Shown here one piece after another: positions 28,506 to 48,510 of a DNA stretch of 64,000 nucleotides (its first letter is position 1; each line of letters begins with the position of its first letter). The stretch lies in NCBI RefSeq assembly GCF_009914755.1, contig NC_060932.1; one strand, written 5' to 3'. This DNA comes from the human T2T-CHM13v2.0 reference genome, Homo sapiens. The notes under the pieces are model-generated. The model made no database searches. It was not told the DNA's origin and worked only from the letters and a program-made list of their open reading frames with translations. Made by a program: the position numbers and the translations under genes.

Positions 28506-29119
28506 ATTAATAAGAATAGTAAACACAGAAAATAAAGAAGAAATAAACATATGATCCAAACGTGGAAGGTTGATAAGAATGTTGACTACAGTAAGCAAAC
28601 CAGCTGCTGAGAATAAAAACATCCCCGCATTTTCTCAAAGTTGGCCATTACAAATCCTTACATGGTTTTGCAAGAAATGCTTTATGGGTTCTTTCCGAAA
28701 ATGTGATTCTGATTATTTAGAAATAACCAGCATGAGGTTAAGCAAATTCCAACTTAAAATCTCAATAAAGTAGGCATTAAAGACAAGTTAGGGGCTTAGT
28801 TTCAGAATCAAGGACCAAAAATCTTTTTTTTTCCTTTTATTCCCAGGGTATAAGCAATGTGGAAGGGAGAAAATTAGAGAACAAAACTTTGAAAACGAGT
28901 CTATTCCATGTGCACTGGGAAACATGGCTGGAGGAGTTTGCCCATGCTTCCTTCTCCAGTGGGTCAGGCTAACTTTTTACTTAATGGAAAAAGTAAACAA
29001 ACAGATGTACCTGGACTAGAATCTTCACAGGCACATCTAAAGAAGAAATAAACCTGGAAATCCTCATTTCATAAATAAGCAAATAATGTGTCTATCATTA
29101 AATTTCAAAAAGAAAAATA

Positions 29120-29660
29120 TATAAAAAGAAAGATATATAGTGATAGATAAATGACAGATGATAGAGTAGATAGAAAGATAGGAACATACACAGAGAGGAA
29201 GACTGGAATATGATACATAGATAGATAGATAGGTAGATAGATAGATAGATAGACAGACAGACAACAGATAGAAAGATAGATACATAGATAAGTGGATAGA
29301 TAAATAGGTCAAAAGAAAGATAGAAAGGTAGATGGATAGATTGCTAAATCAGTAGAGAGATGATAGGAAGATAGATACATACAGAGAGATATAGATAGAA
29401 AAATGATAGACAATAGGAAGATAGATATATATAAAGAGATAGGAAGATGATAGGAAGATGGATACACAGATGGATAGTTATATAGAAAGGAAAATGATAG
29501 ATGATAGATACATAGATACACAGATCGATAGGAAGATAGAAAGATAGGAAGATGATAGGAAGATAGATTGATAGATAAAAAATGACAGATCGATTGATCA
29601 ATCGCTAGGTTGATTGGCAGGAAGACAGAGAAAGAAAGATGATAGATAGGAGATAGCCTA
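29120..29660. repeat. Compound degenerate (GATA/TAGA)n microsatellite
   Basis: ~540 bp of gata/gaca/ggaa-type tetramers; source of the spurious YLSI-rich ORFs. Confidence 0.93.
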
Positions 29661-32401
29661 CAAAGCATCTGATAAGTATTTTCTCAAAATATAAAAGGAA
29701 AATTAGGCATAAACTAAAATGCATGGATAAATCAAAAGTATTAACAAAGCTGAGAAACTAGATTCCCTAGTGATAAAAGGCAAGTAGCAGAAACCATAAA
29801 ATCTGGCTCATTATAAATGAAAATGAGTGAAGAGCGTAGTTTCTACAGCTTTGAGGTTATCACCCACTAAGCCAGCCAGAGTCTTTCTCCGAGCACTAAA
29901 TAAACTATAAGCACAATGGCAAATGACTGTTCAGTCATTTAAATGAAAAATTCATAATAATGGGCCAACTTTCCAACCATATTTCCAAAGGTTACAGAAA
30001 AATTGTCTATTGGCAATTAGAGAGATTGCCAAAGGACAATTCAAAGGAGTGCGGGCCTATTGAGGTCTGTCCCTGCTTCCAAGGGCTGCTGGTTCTAGCA
30101 TCGTGTACAATTCTCTTGGCACTTAAACTCCGCTTCATTAACTTTTCTACTACAACAGCTAATGAAATGAAGCATTTCAATATCCAAACTCCAGTAATTA
30201 TTTAAAACAGATTTAGATTCATTCAAATAAATGACTCCATGAAAATCTCATAGTTTTAGCTCTATTTGAAGCTCAACATGGTCAGAGAATAAGTCACACA
30301 TATGAAGATACAGAGAATCAGTGACAGAACTCAAATGAGAACTCCCTTCTTGCTGACTTCTCCATTACGCATTTGAACAGGCCCTGCAGCCAACAAGATT
30401 TCATTACGCATGCAGGTAAAATGAATTGACGACATGTATTTTGAAGTGGACTCTGGGGGTCCTTTAATTCTTGAGTAATCATGGCTTCCTTGTGATATTT
30501 TGTCTTAATTTCTGAGGAATTTCAAATACAGACAGACAAGAGAGTAATAGCTTTAGTAAAACAATAATCACCTGTTTTAAAAACACAGGACACAATCGTA
30601 TTTGTCAAATGGCTCTGTAGATTCCAAACAGACTGAAGGCTGGTCATAAAGGAGATTACCAATTCTGATAATTGCATGGTAATGGAAACTCCACGGAGAA
30701 CAGAAAACTGAGCTACACAGAAAATTGGAAACTCTTATTTAAGCTCATTTCTCCACAATTCCTCTGGCCTCAAAAATGCATGGAATGAAGTGTCAGAGTT
30801 ATTAACAGTTAATATGAAATTATTACTTGTAGTGTCTTTGGTCAGGCTAAGTAGGAGCTTCTAGTTAAGAGAAGTTGATGGGTGTAATTAAATTGCTAAT
30901 AAAGAGGTACAGACTGACGAAAATCCACAAAGGCTTTCAGAGGTTAACTGATTTACCACCCCTCCTTCAACCTCATCTCTTTCGCTCAGCCTGTGCCAGG
31001 TGCTAAGAGGTCAATACAATCAGTCTACGGAATGAATGGACCCCACGTATGCACCTCTCGACCTGTCTGAGAGTGTCAGCCAACAAGGTGCGTGGCAATG
31101 TTATTCCCAGGCCCCATGCGTGAGACAGGAGATACCATGATACTCTGTCTCTTATCGTGACGTTTTTCCACCATTTCCACCATGTACAAATCATTACCAG
31201 ACGCTCTCACTTCCTTTGTGCCTCAAATGCCCATCTTTTGACCTCGATGCCTCCCCGCACTCCAAGCATAGCCATCTCGTCATAGTCCACTGTAGCTTCC
31301 TTGCAGGCTCATGCTTCTTTCAAGTTGGAGGAGATTATATTGGTTTACTGAAGCAAGTCCCATTTCACAAGCAGAAACATTGAATGATTTTCTCCAGGTC
31401 CACACAGACATTTAACAGTAAACTGAGAATCAGAATTTAAACCCCAGTACTCCTGATCTAAAGTGAGCTCAACTCTAATGTCACCATCCTTCTCACCATA
31501 TTAATGTATAATATATAGTATATAATATATAAATATATAATAACATTGATCAACATTCTTCAATTAACATATAATAAAAATTTATATTCACTAACTAGAT
31601 TGTATATGAAATATACAATAAACGAGTGGTTTTAACAATTATAGTTTATATCAAATATTAATGTTTAATAATAATAATTTTACAACTTTATGGTTTCCAT
31701 CCTTGGTTCCATGTGCTGTAATTACCTAATTTATCTTACTGAATTCTCATACTAACAATATGAGTCAATATTATTACCCTCCATTTTCAGGGGTCACTGT
31801 TGTCCAGAAATATTAGATGATTTATCCAGAGTTCATCTAGTAAGGGGTAGAGCCAGACTCTAATCCAAATGTCCAGCTCTGAAGTGTGTGTTCCTTCCCA
31901 ATAACAGAATGGCTTTTTGTTGTAATAAATAAAATAAAAAATATTTTATGGTTTGCCTTTTCCCTTATATTTCTATCCAAAAGGGAAATCTCACTGCATG
32001 TGTCACTAATGCCTCAAATATTTCAGATTTTTCAAAATGGCTTGAACAGAGGTTCAAACACTGTCTCAGGTAGTTTTCACCATTTCTCTCTGTGGTAATT
32101 TTCTTCTTGTCATTTCTAAAAAATGTGAAAACTTTCTTCATAGATTTGCTCATGTTCTTTTTTCTTTTTTCTTTTTGCAGTATGTTGAATCCCACAGGCT
32201 TCAAAGAATATGTCACTTTTTCACCTAACATAATTTACCACTCACTTTGTGTAGAAAACCATGACTTTTTTAGACTCTCCAAGACTCAGGACTTCTAACA
32301 AAAAATCCCCACACTTCACATCATGGAAACTAAGGACAAGTCTGTTGCATTCTAAATTCCATTAATGACATAATATTAATAAATAAATACATATGCACAT
32401 G

Positions 32402-35154
<2,753 letters not shown>

Positions 35155-35193
35155 GTATGTATATAATTTCATGCTGAAAGGATCATTAAAATG

Positions 35194-35435
35194 TAAGTGG
35201 GAGATGAACAATGAGAACACATGGACACAGGGAAGGGAACATCACACACCGGGGCCCATCACGGGGTGGGGAGCAAGAGGAGGGAGAGCATTAGGACAAA
35301 TACCTAATGAATGCAGGGCTTAAAACCAAGATGGTGAGTTGACAGATGCAGCAAACCACCATGGCACATGTATGCCTATGTAACAAACCTGCACATTCTG
35401 CACATGTATCCCAGAACTTAAAATAAAAAATAAAA
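35194..35435 (+). mobile_element. Short, 5'-truncated L1PA (~L1PA8-10) 3'UTR
   Basis: aacaatgagaacacatggacacaggg...cacatgtatcccagaacttaaaataaaa; flanked by taaaatgta on both sides. Confidence 0.9.
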
Positions 35436-37099
35436 TGATAAAATGTATGTCTAACATACATTTTTAAAAATAGAAACTCAAGCCATATGCCCCAAAGTAA
35501 TTTTCAACCTCAAGTGGATTATTTCTCACATGATTTTCAAATTTAAAAATAAATGCAATATTCATTCCATTTGAATGCATAAGGCTTTTTGGAAAATGTG
35601 AGCAAAAAAACTACCATTCATCAACACCATTACAGCCACTAATTCACCTGACATCAAAACAGCCTAAATGCAGACAGTCCATCTGAACTCTACTCCATGG
35701 ATTCATTGCAAATACGTCATTTCATATATTTATAATTTGGTCACCAAACCTGTCCAGTTATGAAGGCAGCATCTATCACAGAACACTGCACCATGTGCAC
35801 ATAATTGAAACTCCTGTGCCCCTCGGTTGATCTCTACTGTTTTACTCCTCATGACACCTGGAAGCAACCCTTCCAGTAAAAGAAATGCGCATGTATAATC
35901 CACTGGTCTATTAACAGAAAACAAGCATGGTAAATGATTTTCTGGATAATGCATTCCATACAATGCTCGTCTAAGTTATTTTTTAGAAGAAAATCAATAG
36001 TACCTCAGAAAGGTTCAAGAGTAAGAGTGAATGGCAGAAAGTCTCGAGTCTCAGGGCATCTGAGATCAATTCTTCCGGAGTCTATGTCTGCACAGATTCA
36101 AACTATTACAATTAGAGGTCGAAAGTTTTGTTTACAAACTTTTACATGGAAGAGTCCAATTAATGATTTTCTCTATTAAGCTGACCAAACTAGGAGTATG
36201 GAACCGAACAATATATCAAACCAATCCACAAAACAAATGCTCTGAATTAGAATCAACAATGAAGATTTTAACAATTAATTATCACCCTCTAAAAAAGCAT
36301 AGCTAAGAACAAGCTTCAGAATTTTTTTAAACCAGTCAGAGAATAAATCAATATGCCAAGGAGGTATTATTTTAAAGAATATTATGTTAATATGAACCAG
36401 AAAATGTTCCACCAAGCTTGTCATGTCATGGTCAAAATACTTGGAAGAGCACAGTTCTTGGCGTAGGTGTTTATGTGCATGTGTGCCTGGGTTTCCAGCC
36501 CAAATTAAAGAGCTGTTGGAACACCCTCAGATGTTTCATTTGTGGGCCTCCTTTTAATAGTATCCCAATTTTAATTAGCACTAGGGAAGCAGATGTGGCA
36601 GAGAAACGATGCCAAGAATCTGAACTTTTCATCTCCACTTGGAGTGAAGGCATGAGGTTCTTCCATTTCAGTGCATAGCATCGTATTGGTTAGCACAGCT
36701 TGCCGAATATCTGAATACTGGTCGATGTATATATATAGGTGTGTGTGTGGTGCCCACTTTTCAGTATTAATGGGAACATAAATATCATGTTAATTCAGAG
36801 TAATGCAAAACCCAGTATTTGCCTTCAAGTGTCAGATAATATTAAGAATAGACAAAATTGGCTTTGAAAAATCTCCCCAGTCAACTCTTCTCCTAATGAA
36901 AAATAAAATCATAAAATTAATTTTTTCCACTCTTTTTTGTAAAAATGAAATGCAACCCTCCCAAATTCCCAGTGCTATTTCTTAAAGTTTGTTAAAATGA
37001 TGCTAAAGTTCTTAAATAAATACAAAAGCCCTATTATCTCTGATGAAAACTTTGCAAATAGAGTGAGGAAAATGACTTGATTGCATTTGATATGAAAAC

Positions 37100-38720
37100 A
37101 TATTATTGTTATTTCAATTAAAGCACTATGGACTTGGCATAGGAAATCATGCATGTAAACAGAAAGAACAGCATGTCCAGAAATAGATACCCACCTACCA
37201 GATGATTTAACATAGAAAGTAGCTGGAATTTTAAATCAGCAAAAAAAATTAGTGGAGAAAATAATGAAAATAATTACCCAGCAAAGTATTTAATAAATGA
37301 CACTCAGAAAACTGGGTAGCCATCTGAGAGGGTGACATCTTAAAACAGGATCACACTGAGATCAACACAGATTCACTCTAGAATAGGAAGCAAATACTTA
37401 CATGTATAAATGAAGCGAAGCTACAGATTAGAAAATTAGTAGCTCTATGTATAAATGAAATCATTCAAACTTTAGAAAAATAAACCAACTTTAACAGAAA
37501 ATAGAGAGGACTTTTCTAGGCCACAGTTCATAAAGATTAAGATGTTTCAATTCATAGACTATAAAAGACATTTGAAATACATATGACTGACAAGTGGCTA
37601 ATAAATTATTGTACAAAGAACTTTCAATAAAATTGAATAAAACCAAAGAAAAATGAGAACATGAACTTTAAAAAAATATAAAATATAATGGTCAAAAAAT
37701 TACCAAAAAAAAAAAGTATTCTCTACTGAGTAATGATCAAATGAATGAAAATGGAAACAATGAGTGATTTTTTTTGTTTCATTTTGACTGTCAGATGTGC
37801 AAGAATTAAGAAGATTGGCAATTATAATGATTTCTTTTTATTGCAACATAAATTATTCCACACATAGAGGCCCAAAACAGCACACATTTATTCCAACACG
37901 ATTTCTGCAGTTCAGGTACGGGCGTGGCCTCACCCTGAGGGTGGCAGCGGGCTGCTTTCTCACCTGGAGGCGCGGGAAGAATCCACTTGGAAGATCACTC
38001 AAGTGGTGGCAGAAATACGTTTCTTGCATTTGCGCAGCTGAATGTTTCCTGACTGGCTGTGGGCTCTCAGCGTCCAGAGGCCCTGTGTTCCATGTTCTGT
38101 GTCTTTCTTCATCTTCCAAGACAGCTACAAAGGCTCTCCCTCACATCCAGTCTTTCTCAGGCCTTCAATCTCTGACCAGTAAGAACTCTGCCCCTAGAAG
38201 AGCCCGTCTGGTGAGGTCCTACAATCTGAGCACATTCTCCCTTCCTGAAGTGTGTCTGTGCCAACAACATAACGCAATCACGGGAGGAGGGTCCACCGCA
38301 CCCCCAGGTCCATAGGGAGCTGTCTACCCAGGGCGTCGGTCACCCCACCTCCTCTTAGGATTCTACCTTCACCAGGCTCCTCAAACATAGAAGCTTCCAG
38401 AAGCAAGCCGTCACACCTGTAGTGGAGCAGCCTATTTGGATTACCCGAAGATCAGTTTGACAAGATAACCCAATATGTCATCTGTTCATTGCCTGTATTT
38501 CACTTTCAAGAAATTGTATCCTGTGGCAATGAGTGGAAGAAAGTGCAAAGATGTTTCTGAATGAGTATGCATGTCTGCATTTTATCTAATAGTTAGAAAC
38601 GACATAACTGGTCATTGAAATTGCAATAAATATACAAACATATATTTTAGAATAGAATTTTTGGCATTTTATTATAATTTTTGGATATAAAATAATGTGT
38701 ATGCCATATCATGGAAAGTG
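37100..38720. mobile_element. Highly diverged L1M(E)-like fragments interrupted by an MLT1-like LTR (~37820-38370)
   Basis: A-rich L1 ORF2-like remnants (aatagatacccac, gacaagtggctaata, atgaaaatggaaacaatgag) around a GC-richer MLT1-like block ending taggattctacctt. Confidence 0.5.
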
Positions 38721-38776
38721 TGATATCATTCAATTGATATAAAGACATAGATTATAGATATAATAGATATGTTTAC

Positions 38777-39524
<748 letters not shown>

Positions 39525-39663
39525 TTTATAGAGGTATGACAAAAACCTAATAGCTTTATATCAGTTTTGTGGGTTGCAGCTTATTTTTTTGTCCCTTCCT
39601 TTTATATTTCTGGACTATGTAAATGTATTTTAATCTGCAGACACATTAAGTAAGAAATACATT

Positions 39664-40451
<788 letters not shown>

Positions 40452-40826
40452 CCAAGTAGCAGGCAGAACCTGCAGACTTTCTATCTCTGGTGCCACTGCC
40501 CAGTCACAGGACTCTGTGGCTCTGCTATGCCGGAGATGCTCCGATTGCTGGAAGATATTCCCATAACTGCTCTCACTATTTTTAAAAGTTGAAGACTGCA
40601 CCACCGCTGGCCTAATTTCAAGCTGTTTCCTCCCAGCAACACTGTTTATGTTAGAAACCTCATGAAAGAAAGGATTGGTGAGATGGTTGAGCCAAATTCA
40701 TTTCTCCATAAATTCATATTGATGACAACTGTGGCCCAGGCTTTGCGCAAAATGCTGGGGATTCGAAGGTACAGCAGAATCTCTGCCTTTTCTTTAAGAA
40801 GTGTGTTGTCTCATATGGGTATATGA

Positions 40827-41030
40827 TTTTTTAGATTGAGGGTACATGTGCATTTTGCTACCTGGATATACTACATAATGAAGGAGACTGGGCTTCTGGC
40901 ATACTCATCACCTGAGTAGCGAACATTGTATCCAACAGGCAACCCTCACCCCTGCTCACCGTCCTTCCTTCCTCCCTGTTTTTGGAGTCCTAAGTGCACT
41001 TCTTTCCATCCTATATCCATGTGTGCCCAG
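40827..41030 (-). mobile_element. L1 3'UTR fragment (L1PB/MA-like)
   Basis: gggtacatgtgca...catcacctgagtagcgaacattgtatccaacagg is an antisense L1 3' end. Confidence 0.7.
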
Positions 41031-42504
41031 GTATGTGTGTTAAACCCATGCTCATTAGGTGCCTGCACGTCTGGTATGTATTTGAAAGCAGAGACTCCGG
41101 ACTTCCTGGAGCCTGCCAAATCAGAATCGTGCAGGGCTGGGAGTCAGGAATGCATTTTTTAAACTTTGCAAGGTGAGAACCATTGGTCATGGAGGACTAA
41201 ACAGCTGCACAAATAGGAAATCAAAGTAAGAAATGCCAAGACATGGACAAAAGGCCACAGTGGGTGCCTAGGTCCCCCCAAGACACAGCAGACTGCCTGG
41301 GGACTGAGCCCTGAAATGAGAAGATGAGAAGCAACTCCACACCTCAACAACAGTGCATCAAAGGTGGGAAAACAGGCAAAGCACACACTGTCTGCATCGA
41401 TGTGGTCTACATGGACATAAACACCTGCCTTCCAGCCTCAGAGCAAAGCACTCATTCTCCCTGTGATGGTCTCTGGGCAGAAGCCTCATCCTGGCTGGCA
41501 GGTCCAGCCACCTCCAGAACGTAGTAGTCACTTCCTTTGAATTGTTTGCTTATTTTTCCTGTCTCAGCTATCTCCACCTTAAGAATTTTGGAAAGCCAAC
41601 TTCCCCAGTAGCCTGAGGCTTACGCCTGCATGCCCATCGGGACCTTACCCACTGCAGCCCCGACCCCGGCTTGCCTACACATTTTCCCCCAGAGCTGCTC
41701 TTCTTTCTGCCAGGGACTGACATTTTCAAACTGTCACTTTCACAGGTAGAGGCTGCCGCTGTGCCTCTTCAATGAAAGACCATAACCTATCCTTCAGTGT
41801 CAGCTGGTATCTTAAACTGCACACAGGGCATTTCACTGTCTTTACTCCTCTTTGCCTTTTACTGATTTAGGAGCTGTCATTTTCAAAGTTCCTCCTGCTG
41901 AAGTGGAAAGTTCTGGGCTGACTTTTTCATCTCCACTTCCATTTGCCTCCGTTTCCTTTATCCTCACACGATCCCTTTGTTTGCTTTGTGAAATATTTTG
42001 AGTATTCCATGTCAGGTTTATTTCTCAACGCGAAGCACATTAAACTCCATTATAGCATTTTTAAAATGTGTGAGATATATAGTTGATCTCTATTAGCCAC
42101 TCTTATGCATAGGACCCTTGATTCTTTTATAAAATATTATTACTTTGCATATTTTGTACAGTTCCTTGTGCAGAAAGGTCAAGGTCTTCATATCACTACT
42201 ACTATTATACAAAATTACCCTTTTTGAACACTTCCACTGACTACAATACTGCTTTTATTATTAGCCACATTTCACACAGTTAGAATAGGTGAAGTTTTGG
42301 GATGCTCGATGTGTGCTAAGCATGGACAGAGGAAATGCGTTATTTAATTTAATGAATAAACATGCTGGATTTTAGCACATGGTAGAGCAAAATTACATGT
42401 CTTCAGTAAAATGCCTGACATATAATTTGCAAACTGCAGAAAGTAACTGATATTGACGGCGTTGGACTCTGCGTTTCAGTCTGATCTTGGAAGATTAATT
42501 TGAT

Positions 42505-42700
42505 CCTGGGTTGGCAGACTATGGCCTGTGGGTCGAAACCAGCCTGCAGCCTGTTTTTATACACAAGCTAAAAATGGCTTTTACATCGTTTTTAATTGTG
42601 AAAAACTTAAAGACAAAGAATATGCCACTGAGACTGCATATGATCCCCAAAGACTGAAGGTCTACGTGGCCCTTTACAGGAAAAGAGAGCCAGTGTCTGA
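42505..42700. mobile_element. MER58-like hAT-Charlie element
   Basis: ggggttggcagactatggcctgtggg...gcctgtttttat...gctaaaaatggcttttacat...tggccctttacaggaaaag. Confidence 0.8.
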
Positions 42701-45700
42701 TTTCAGCTACCATGAACAAGAAGGGAAGTATGTTACCAGCTTAGTTACCTAAACACTGCTGCCTTGACATTCAACAACATTCTGCTTGACAGCCAACCAA
42801 TAGGTTTGCACCAAAAACACTCCTGGGTGCAGACATGTCTGACTGCATGCGAGTTCCTTTTTTGTTGGGCTCCTGTTCTTAGCTGGCAGTATGATAAAGG
42901 TTTCACGCCAACATTTGCGTTTAGTCCTTCAAAACGGGGGGGAGCACCTTTATGCCCATTTGCAGATAAAGAACTTCAGTGAAGTCACTTGCCCTGTCCA
43001 GGGTCACAGAGCCAGCAAATGCTGGGGATGGGAGGAATCCATCACTCAATTGCGGGAGCCTGACTGCAACTGCACTGCACAGTACTGTACCCAAGCACTC
43101 CTTTCAAATCCCCTAAGATTGTGTGAGGTAGATTTAAGCAAGGGCAACTGGGATAAACCTCATTTTACAATATACTTGATGGGAGTTGGCCAGTTTGAGC
43201 TATATGGACTGTGTGGATTCACATTCTGATAATTTACAATCTGGCTGACATAATGCCTACAACCTATATAAAAGTGTGTGTCTATATATAAAGAGAGACA
43301 CAAGCATACTCACACATACATATCATAGCATGTGATTTGACATTTAAAATCCCAGAAGTTCCTATTTAAATGTAAGTTTCTAATGAAATCTAAATGTCTG
43401 GAAATATTGTATTAATATCACAAAACAGAGGAGAAGATTGATAATGAAATAGAAGCAAATAGATATGCATATAAAAAAATCAAGATAAAAGTCTCAAATA
43501 CCTATGCTCTTTATGTTCATAAGTGAAGGATTTTAAGATTTACAAAATATCTCAGTTAATTCATTTATGCCAGGTCTCCTAACATATCCTCCTAACATTT
43601 GAGAATGATGTTGTTTTAAAAATTTTGTATAAAGTAAAAGGACAGTTTCCTCTGAAAGATGCCCTCTCTGTGGGCAAACATCATGTTTCGGGGGTGAATG
43701 CAGGGTATAATGGAAATGGCTTCGATTTTGGAATCTGAAAGACTGGAGCTTAAATCCCACCTGAGATAATGAGGCATTTTTTTTTTCTGGTAACATCATC
43801 TGTGAGCAACAGCATCTATGACGATTGAAGAGATACACACAGACATATCCACGTGCATCCTCTGTCCCCTCCACCCAGCTCTTTGCACCAGTTCCGTCCT
43901 TGGCCATGCTATGTAGAAGCAGAATATAGGCAGCTATCTCTATCTAAAAGGCCTGACTTTAAAAACAGAAGCTTAATCATGTAATTTGTGAGTAAGACTG
44001 TTTTTTGTACTCTTTGTTGCCTGCAAAATGCTAGCAAATCATAAATAAACAATAGACAAACTCCACTCCAAGCAAAAGCCACAGCTGATAGAAGGCTCTG
44101 AGAACCAGACCTTGAAAGTAAATAGCTGCCTGGGAGTTGCTCTCTCTTTGACCAGGGAACTTGAAAGCAGTGCACTCTGATGTGCCAGTTTAACTGGATC
44201 TTTGAGATAATACAGAGAATTTCAGTTCTAATTCAGGCTTCTCCTCAAGATGAATAAGATTAGTGTGCTGATAATGGAAACAGCTGCTTGGCAGAGTTTC
44301 TTGCTTTAAGGCAGGAAATGAAGCCTGAGGACAGAAGATCTGCCTGGCTTTATCAAGGACGATAAGAACCAACAGAGATTTTCAGAGAGAAATAATTTAA
44401 AAGGTCAAGCAAAGTGAGAAAAACAACCTGGAGTTCCCTGAAACCAATAAAATACATTTTGCCGGCTCCATCTTCTCACTCACAGACAATTGGTAGCGAA
44501 ACTTTTATTTGCTGAATCCAGAAGCTAATTGCGAGCCATCAAGGGGTCTTGGGAAGATCTCTGTCCGGGTTGTGGCCTGGGGCCTGCCACTTTGAACCCC
44601 ACAATTCGGGATGGGTTTGGAGTGGGTGCCTCCCAAATCCCCTTCAAGACCTAACAATCATAATTGGCATGCATGTAATATCTGACGGCTTATCCTATAT
44701 TATTTATTGAATCCTCTCAATAATTCTGGGACGTAGATATCAAAATCTCTATTTTACATGGCAGAAAGTAGGCTTAGGGAGATCAGGGCTCCCTGGCCTT
44801 TTGGGGGCTACTTTGGAGGGGGATGGCCCTCACAATGTATCCTCCAATTTCAAATCCGAGTAATTTTTCTCTAAAAATATGATGCGTCTACAATGTCATT
44901 GGCAAAAAAAAGTGAATTAAAATAGAAGACAACAAAAGCCAATTCTAAATAATCTTTAAAAGGAAAAATATTCTCCCATATTTATCTTAGAAAGTGATGG
45001 ATTAGTGATTTTATAAATTTAAAGTGTTTACCAAATGGCTACAAGGGGCAGGGTATTTTGCCCGGGTCCGAGGGACACAGTGGCATCCACATGGTTTATA
45101 AGATTGGTAGCTGGAGGGCCTAAAAGAGAATGAGCTCAACATGCCAGGTTTGATCTTGCTCATTTACTAAAAGGTACCTGTTGCATTTTAGTAACTATTT
45201 GAATATATTCTTCTAGATATTTTTGTAAAGGAGAAGAACGAATGTCCTTTATGCATTCAGGAAGTTTATAAATTGTATTTATTTTATGTAAGAATAAACG
45301 GACTGCTTTTCAAATCATTGAGAAAAAAATAGAATGTCAACTCAAGGATGAATGTAATATTAAAATAGATCAATATAGATTTTAAGTTCCCAATGCCACA
45401 AAGAGATATTTGCTATTTTTTAAAATTATTTTTCTTTTTTTACAGTTTTCAAATAAAAATTTTCAAATAAAATAATTAAATAACTATGATGACCTTTAAG
45501 TTGGACGTGGAAGTCTTAAAATATTTTAACATTTGCATTAGTAATTACATTCCCAATTATCTCAATGACCTTCTCTATGATTTATTGCAGGATTTATAAC
45601 CACTTTTGACCAAATGTGAGATACTGTCAGAGTCTAAACTGTTATTTATTTTGTGGTAGAGCTGCCTAGTTTGAAATTTATTACAGCAGATAGTCTTTCT

Positions 45701-47572
45701 TTAATTACAATTTTATTCATTTCGATTGGTCCTTATAAAAGTTACAAAGTCAAATATGATAAAGCAAATGAAGCATCCAGTATCTTAAACTAATTTAAAA
45801 TCCACTGCCTCATTACTGGTAATTTTTAAAACTCCATCTTTTCTTAGCCTCAGAGTCACTACTGGGGACAGCTTGCCCCGTGGACCTGAAGCACAAATGT
45901 CAAAATCAATTTCATGAAGCTTCCTTTCCCTCACATGGTCCTTATTTCACTGAGTGGCACCAAATACTCCCAGCAATCATGTCCCCCACCAACATATGTC
46001 ATCCCAGATTTATCTCTTCCTTTTTACCTGCTTTCACGAGAGACTGTGGACTCTGTTTCCTAAGTATTTTCAATACCTGTTTTCATGCAAAACTTGTTTC
46101 TCACTGTATTTCTGGAAGTCTTCATATCCCTCAAACACACATTGCTATAACCCACTAAGAATTCGTGTCTTCCAGACAGGATGCGTGCCAATCATTCATT
46201 ATGCCACGGAAAGATCAAGCTTTCTAAAACACAGATGGGATTGTATCTCTTTTGCTCTTTAACGGAGTCTCGTCAAGCAAGGACAAAAGCTGAAAGCCAC
46301 GTAAACTTGCAGCTGAGATTTCCTATGGGCTGCTCCTGCCAGCTTCTCCAACCCATCGTCCTCCACCATGTCCCCTTCACATTCCAGCTCAGACATCCCA
46401 ATATCCTGGACCTTCTCTGCTACTCCCGCCGGATGACTATCCATTCCTGCTGACTATCATATTGACTTGTACTTATCAGTTTTTAAGACTCTCTCCCTCC
46501 GGACTAGCAGAGCCATAAGAGCTGGGAATATTTTTTATTCACCTTGGTACCCGCCTGCAGTGCGTAACTCAGAGCTAAGTCTGAATTGAAAAGAAAACAG
46601 CCATAACTTCCTTAATACTTGTATGAGGCTTCAGACCCACAGCAACAACCTTAATGTACAAAAACAGACACATAGTTAACATCGCTTTGCCTGTACTCTT
46701 GAATACAAAAAGAAACATGTCAAGAAATTATACAAAAGATACCCTCTCCATAAACATAGCCCTTGTATCTACTTTTATTTTGGACAGTGTGCTTGAAGCC
46801 TAGAAGCCTCAGAGGTAAAACCTGTAACTCTATCCCTACAGATGTGCTATGTGGAGATTCTCATGTCCCAGCTTTATATCGAATGTGAACATCTGCGGGA
46901 AAAATAAAATCATGAAAACTTCTGTGCTGATTTGGGTGGCGAAGACGTGGTGATGTGTTAATTTAGCTGGGGTTTTTGAAAATTGTTTTTCCCACGTGGA
47001 GTTCTAAACATTTTAAAGAAAGAGCTCACCTAGTCTTCTGTTTCATATTTCATTTTTCTTTTCTTTTATTTATTTTTATTTCATAATTATGAATTGTCAG
47101 CAATTCAGGATCACATAAACGGTGACGATTCTTCCATATATATTAACTCTCTTTAAACAAAAATGCTAGTTTTTTTAAAAAGACAGAACATGTCTTCAAT
47201 TATCTTAGAACTGAAAATAAAATTCTCTAAGTGTCATATATCTCTGCTTGTAAATTAAAATTACTAATTAAGATTCCAAGAACCAAATAGAAAATAGGGT
47301 TCCCTTAATATTTTATTTTTAACACCAGAGGAAAAGAGCAACACTTCGTTGATAATCAGAGTGCTTTCTTCTTTTTAAAGTATTTCAGCCTCAAAATAAC
47401 TTTTCGAATCTATAATTTTTTTTAATTTTTCTGATTATATATATTTTTGAGGCAGTCATCAAAGGGTCCTATTTGCACATCAGTAAGGAAGTCGCTTAAT
47501 CTGTTATACACAGCCAAATGTGCAACTCTATATTCCAGGTCATGCTCTCCATCCACGGTGACAGTTACCATA

Positions 47573-47575
<3 letters not shown>

Positions 47576-47647
<72 letters not shown>

Positions 47648-47929
47648 GTCTCATTCTGTCTCCCAGGCTGGAGTGCAGTGCCGTGATCTCGGCTCACTGC
47701 AGCCTCTGCCTCCTGCCTGGGCTCAAGTCATCCCTCCATCTCAGCCTCCCAAGCAGCTGGGACTACAGGTGCACACCACCACATCTGGCTAATGTTTGTA
47801 TTTCCTGTAGAGACAGGGTTTCACCATGTTGCCCAGGCTGGCCTGAACTCCTGTGTTCAAGCAATCCACCCACCCACCTTGGCCTCCCAAAGATGCTGGG
47901 AATACAGGTGTCAGCCACTGCACCCAGCC
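47576..47929 (-). mobile_element. AluJ-like element with a long T-run and abutting (TA)n
   Basis: (TA)n 47576-47610, T-run to 47646, then an antisense Alu body to 47929. Confidence 0.88.
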
Positions 47930-48206
47930 TACATTCTATTTTTCGTTATTACACTGTGAATCCCTTGGAAGGAAACAAATCTTTTTGTTGTTGTTGTTGT
48001 CATTTCTCCTTGGGTCAGTACACACAACTGCTCAACATATCTGTGAGTGGATGGGAGAAGGTTTCTAGCATAATCCACAACACACCATATGCAATTTGCC
48101 AAAGAAAAGCAGCTGAAAACCCACAAAGTCTCTTTCTGTCATATGAGGCCAAAGTGTTTCTACAACTTAGGGAAGTATATACAGCGTGTAAAAGATCTAC
48201 ATTCTA

Positions 48207-48510
<304 letters not shown>

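Noticed and set aside
29064-29668. YLSI-rich ORFs
   Set aside because: Translations of the GATA microsatellite.
37797-38315. 172-aa ORF
   Set aside because: Non-ATG start, lies in an MLT1-like remnant, no domain signature.
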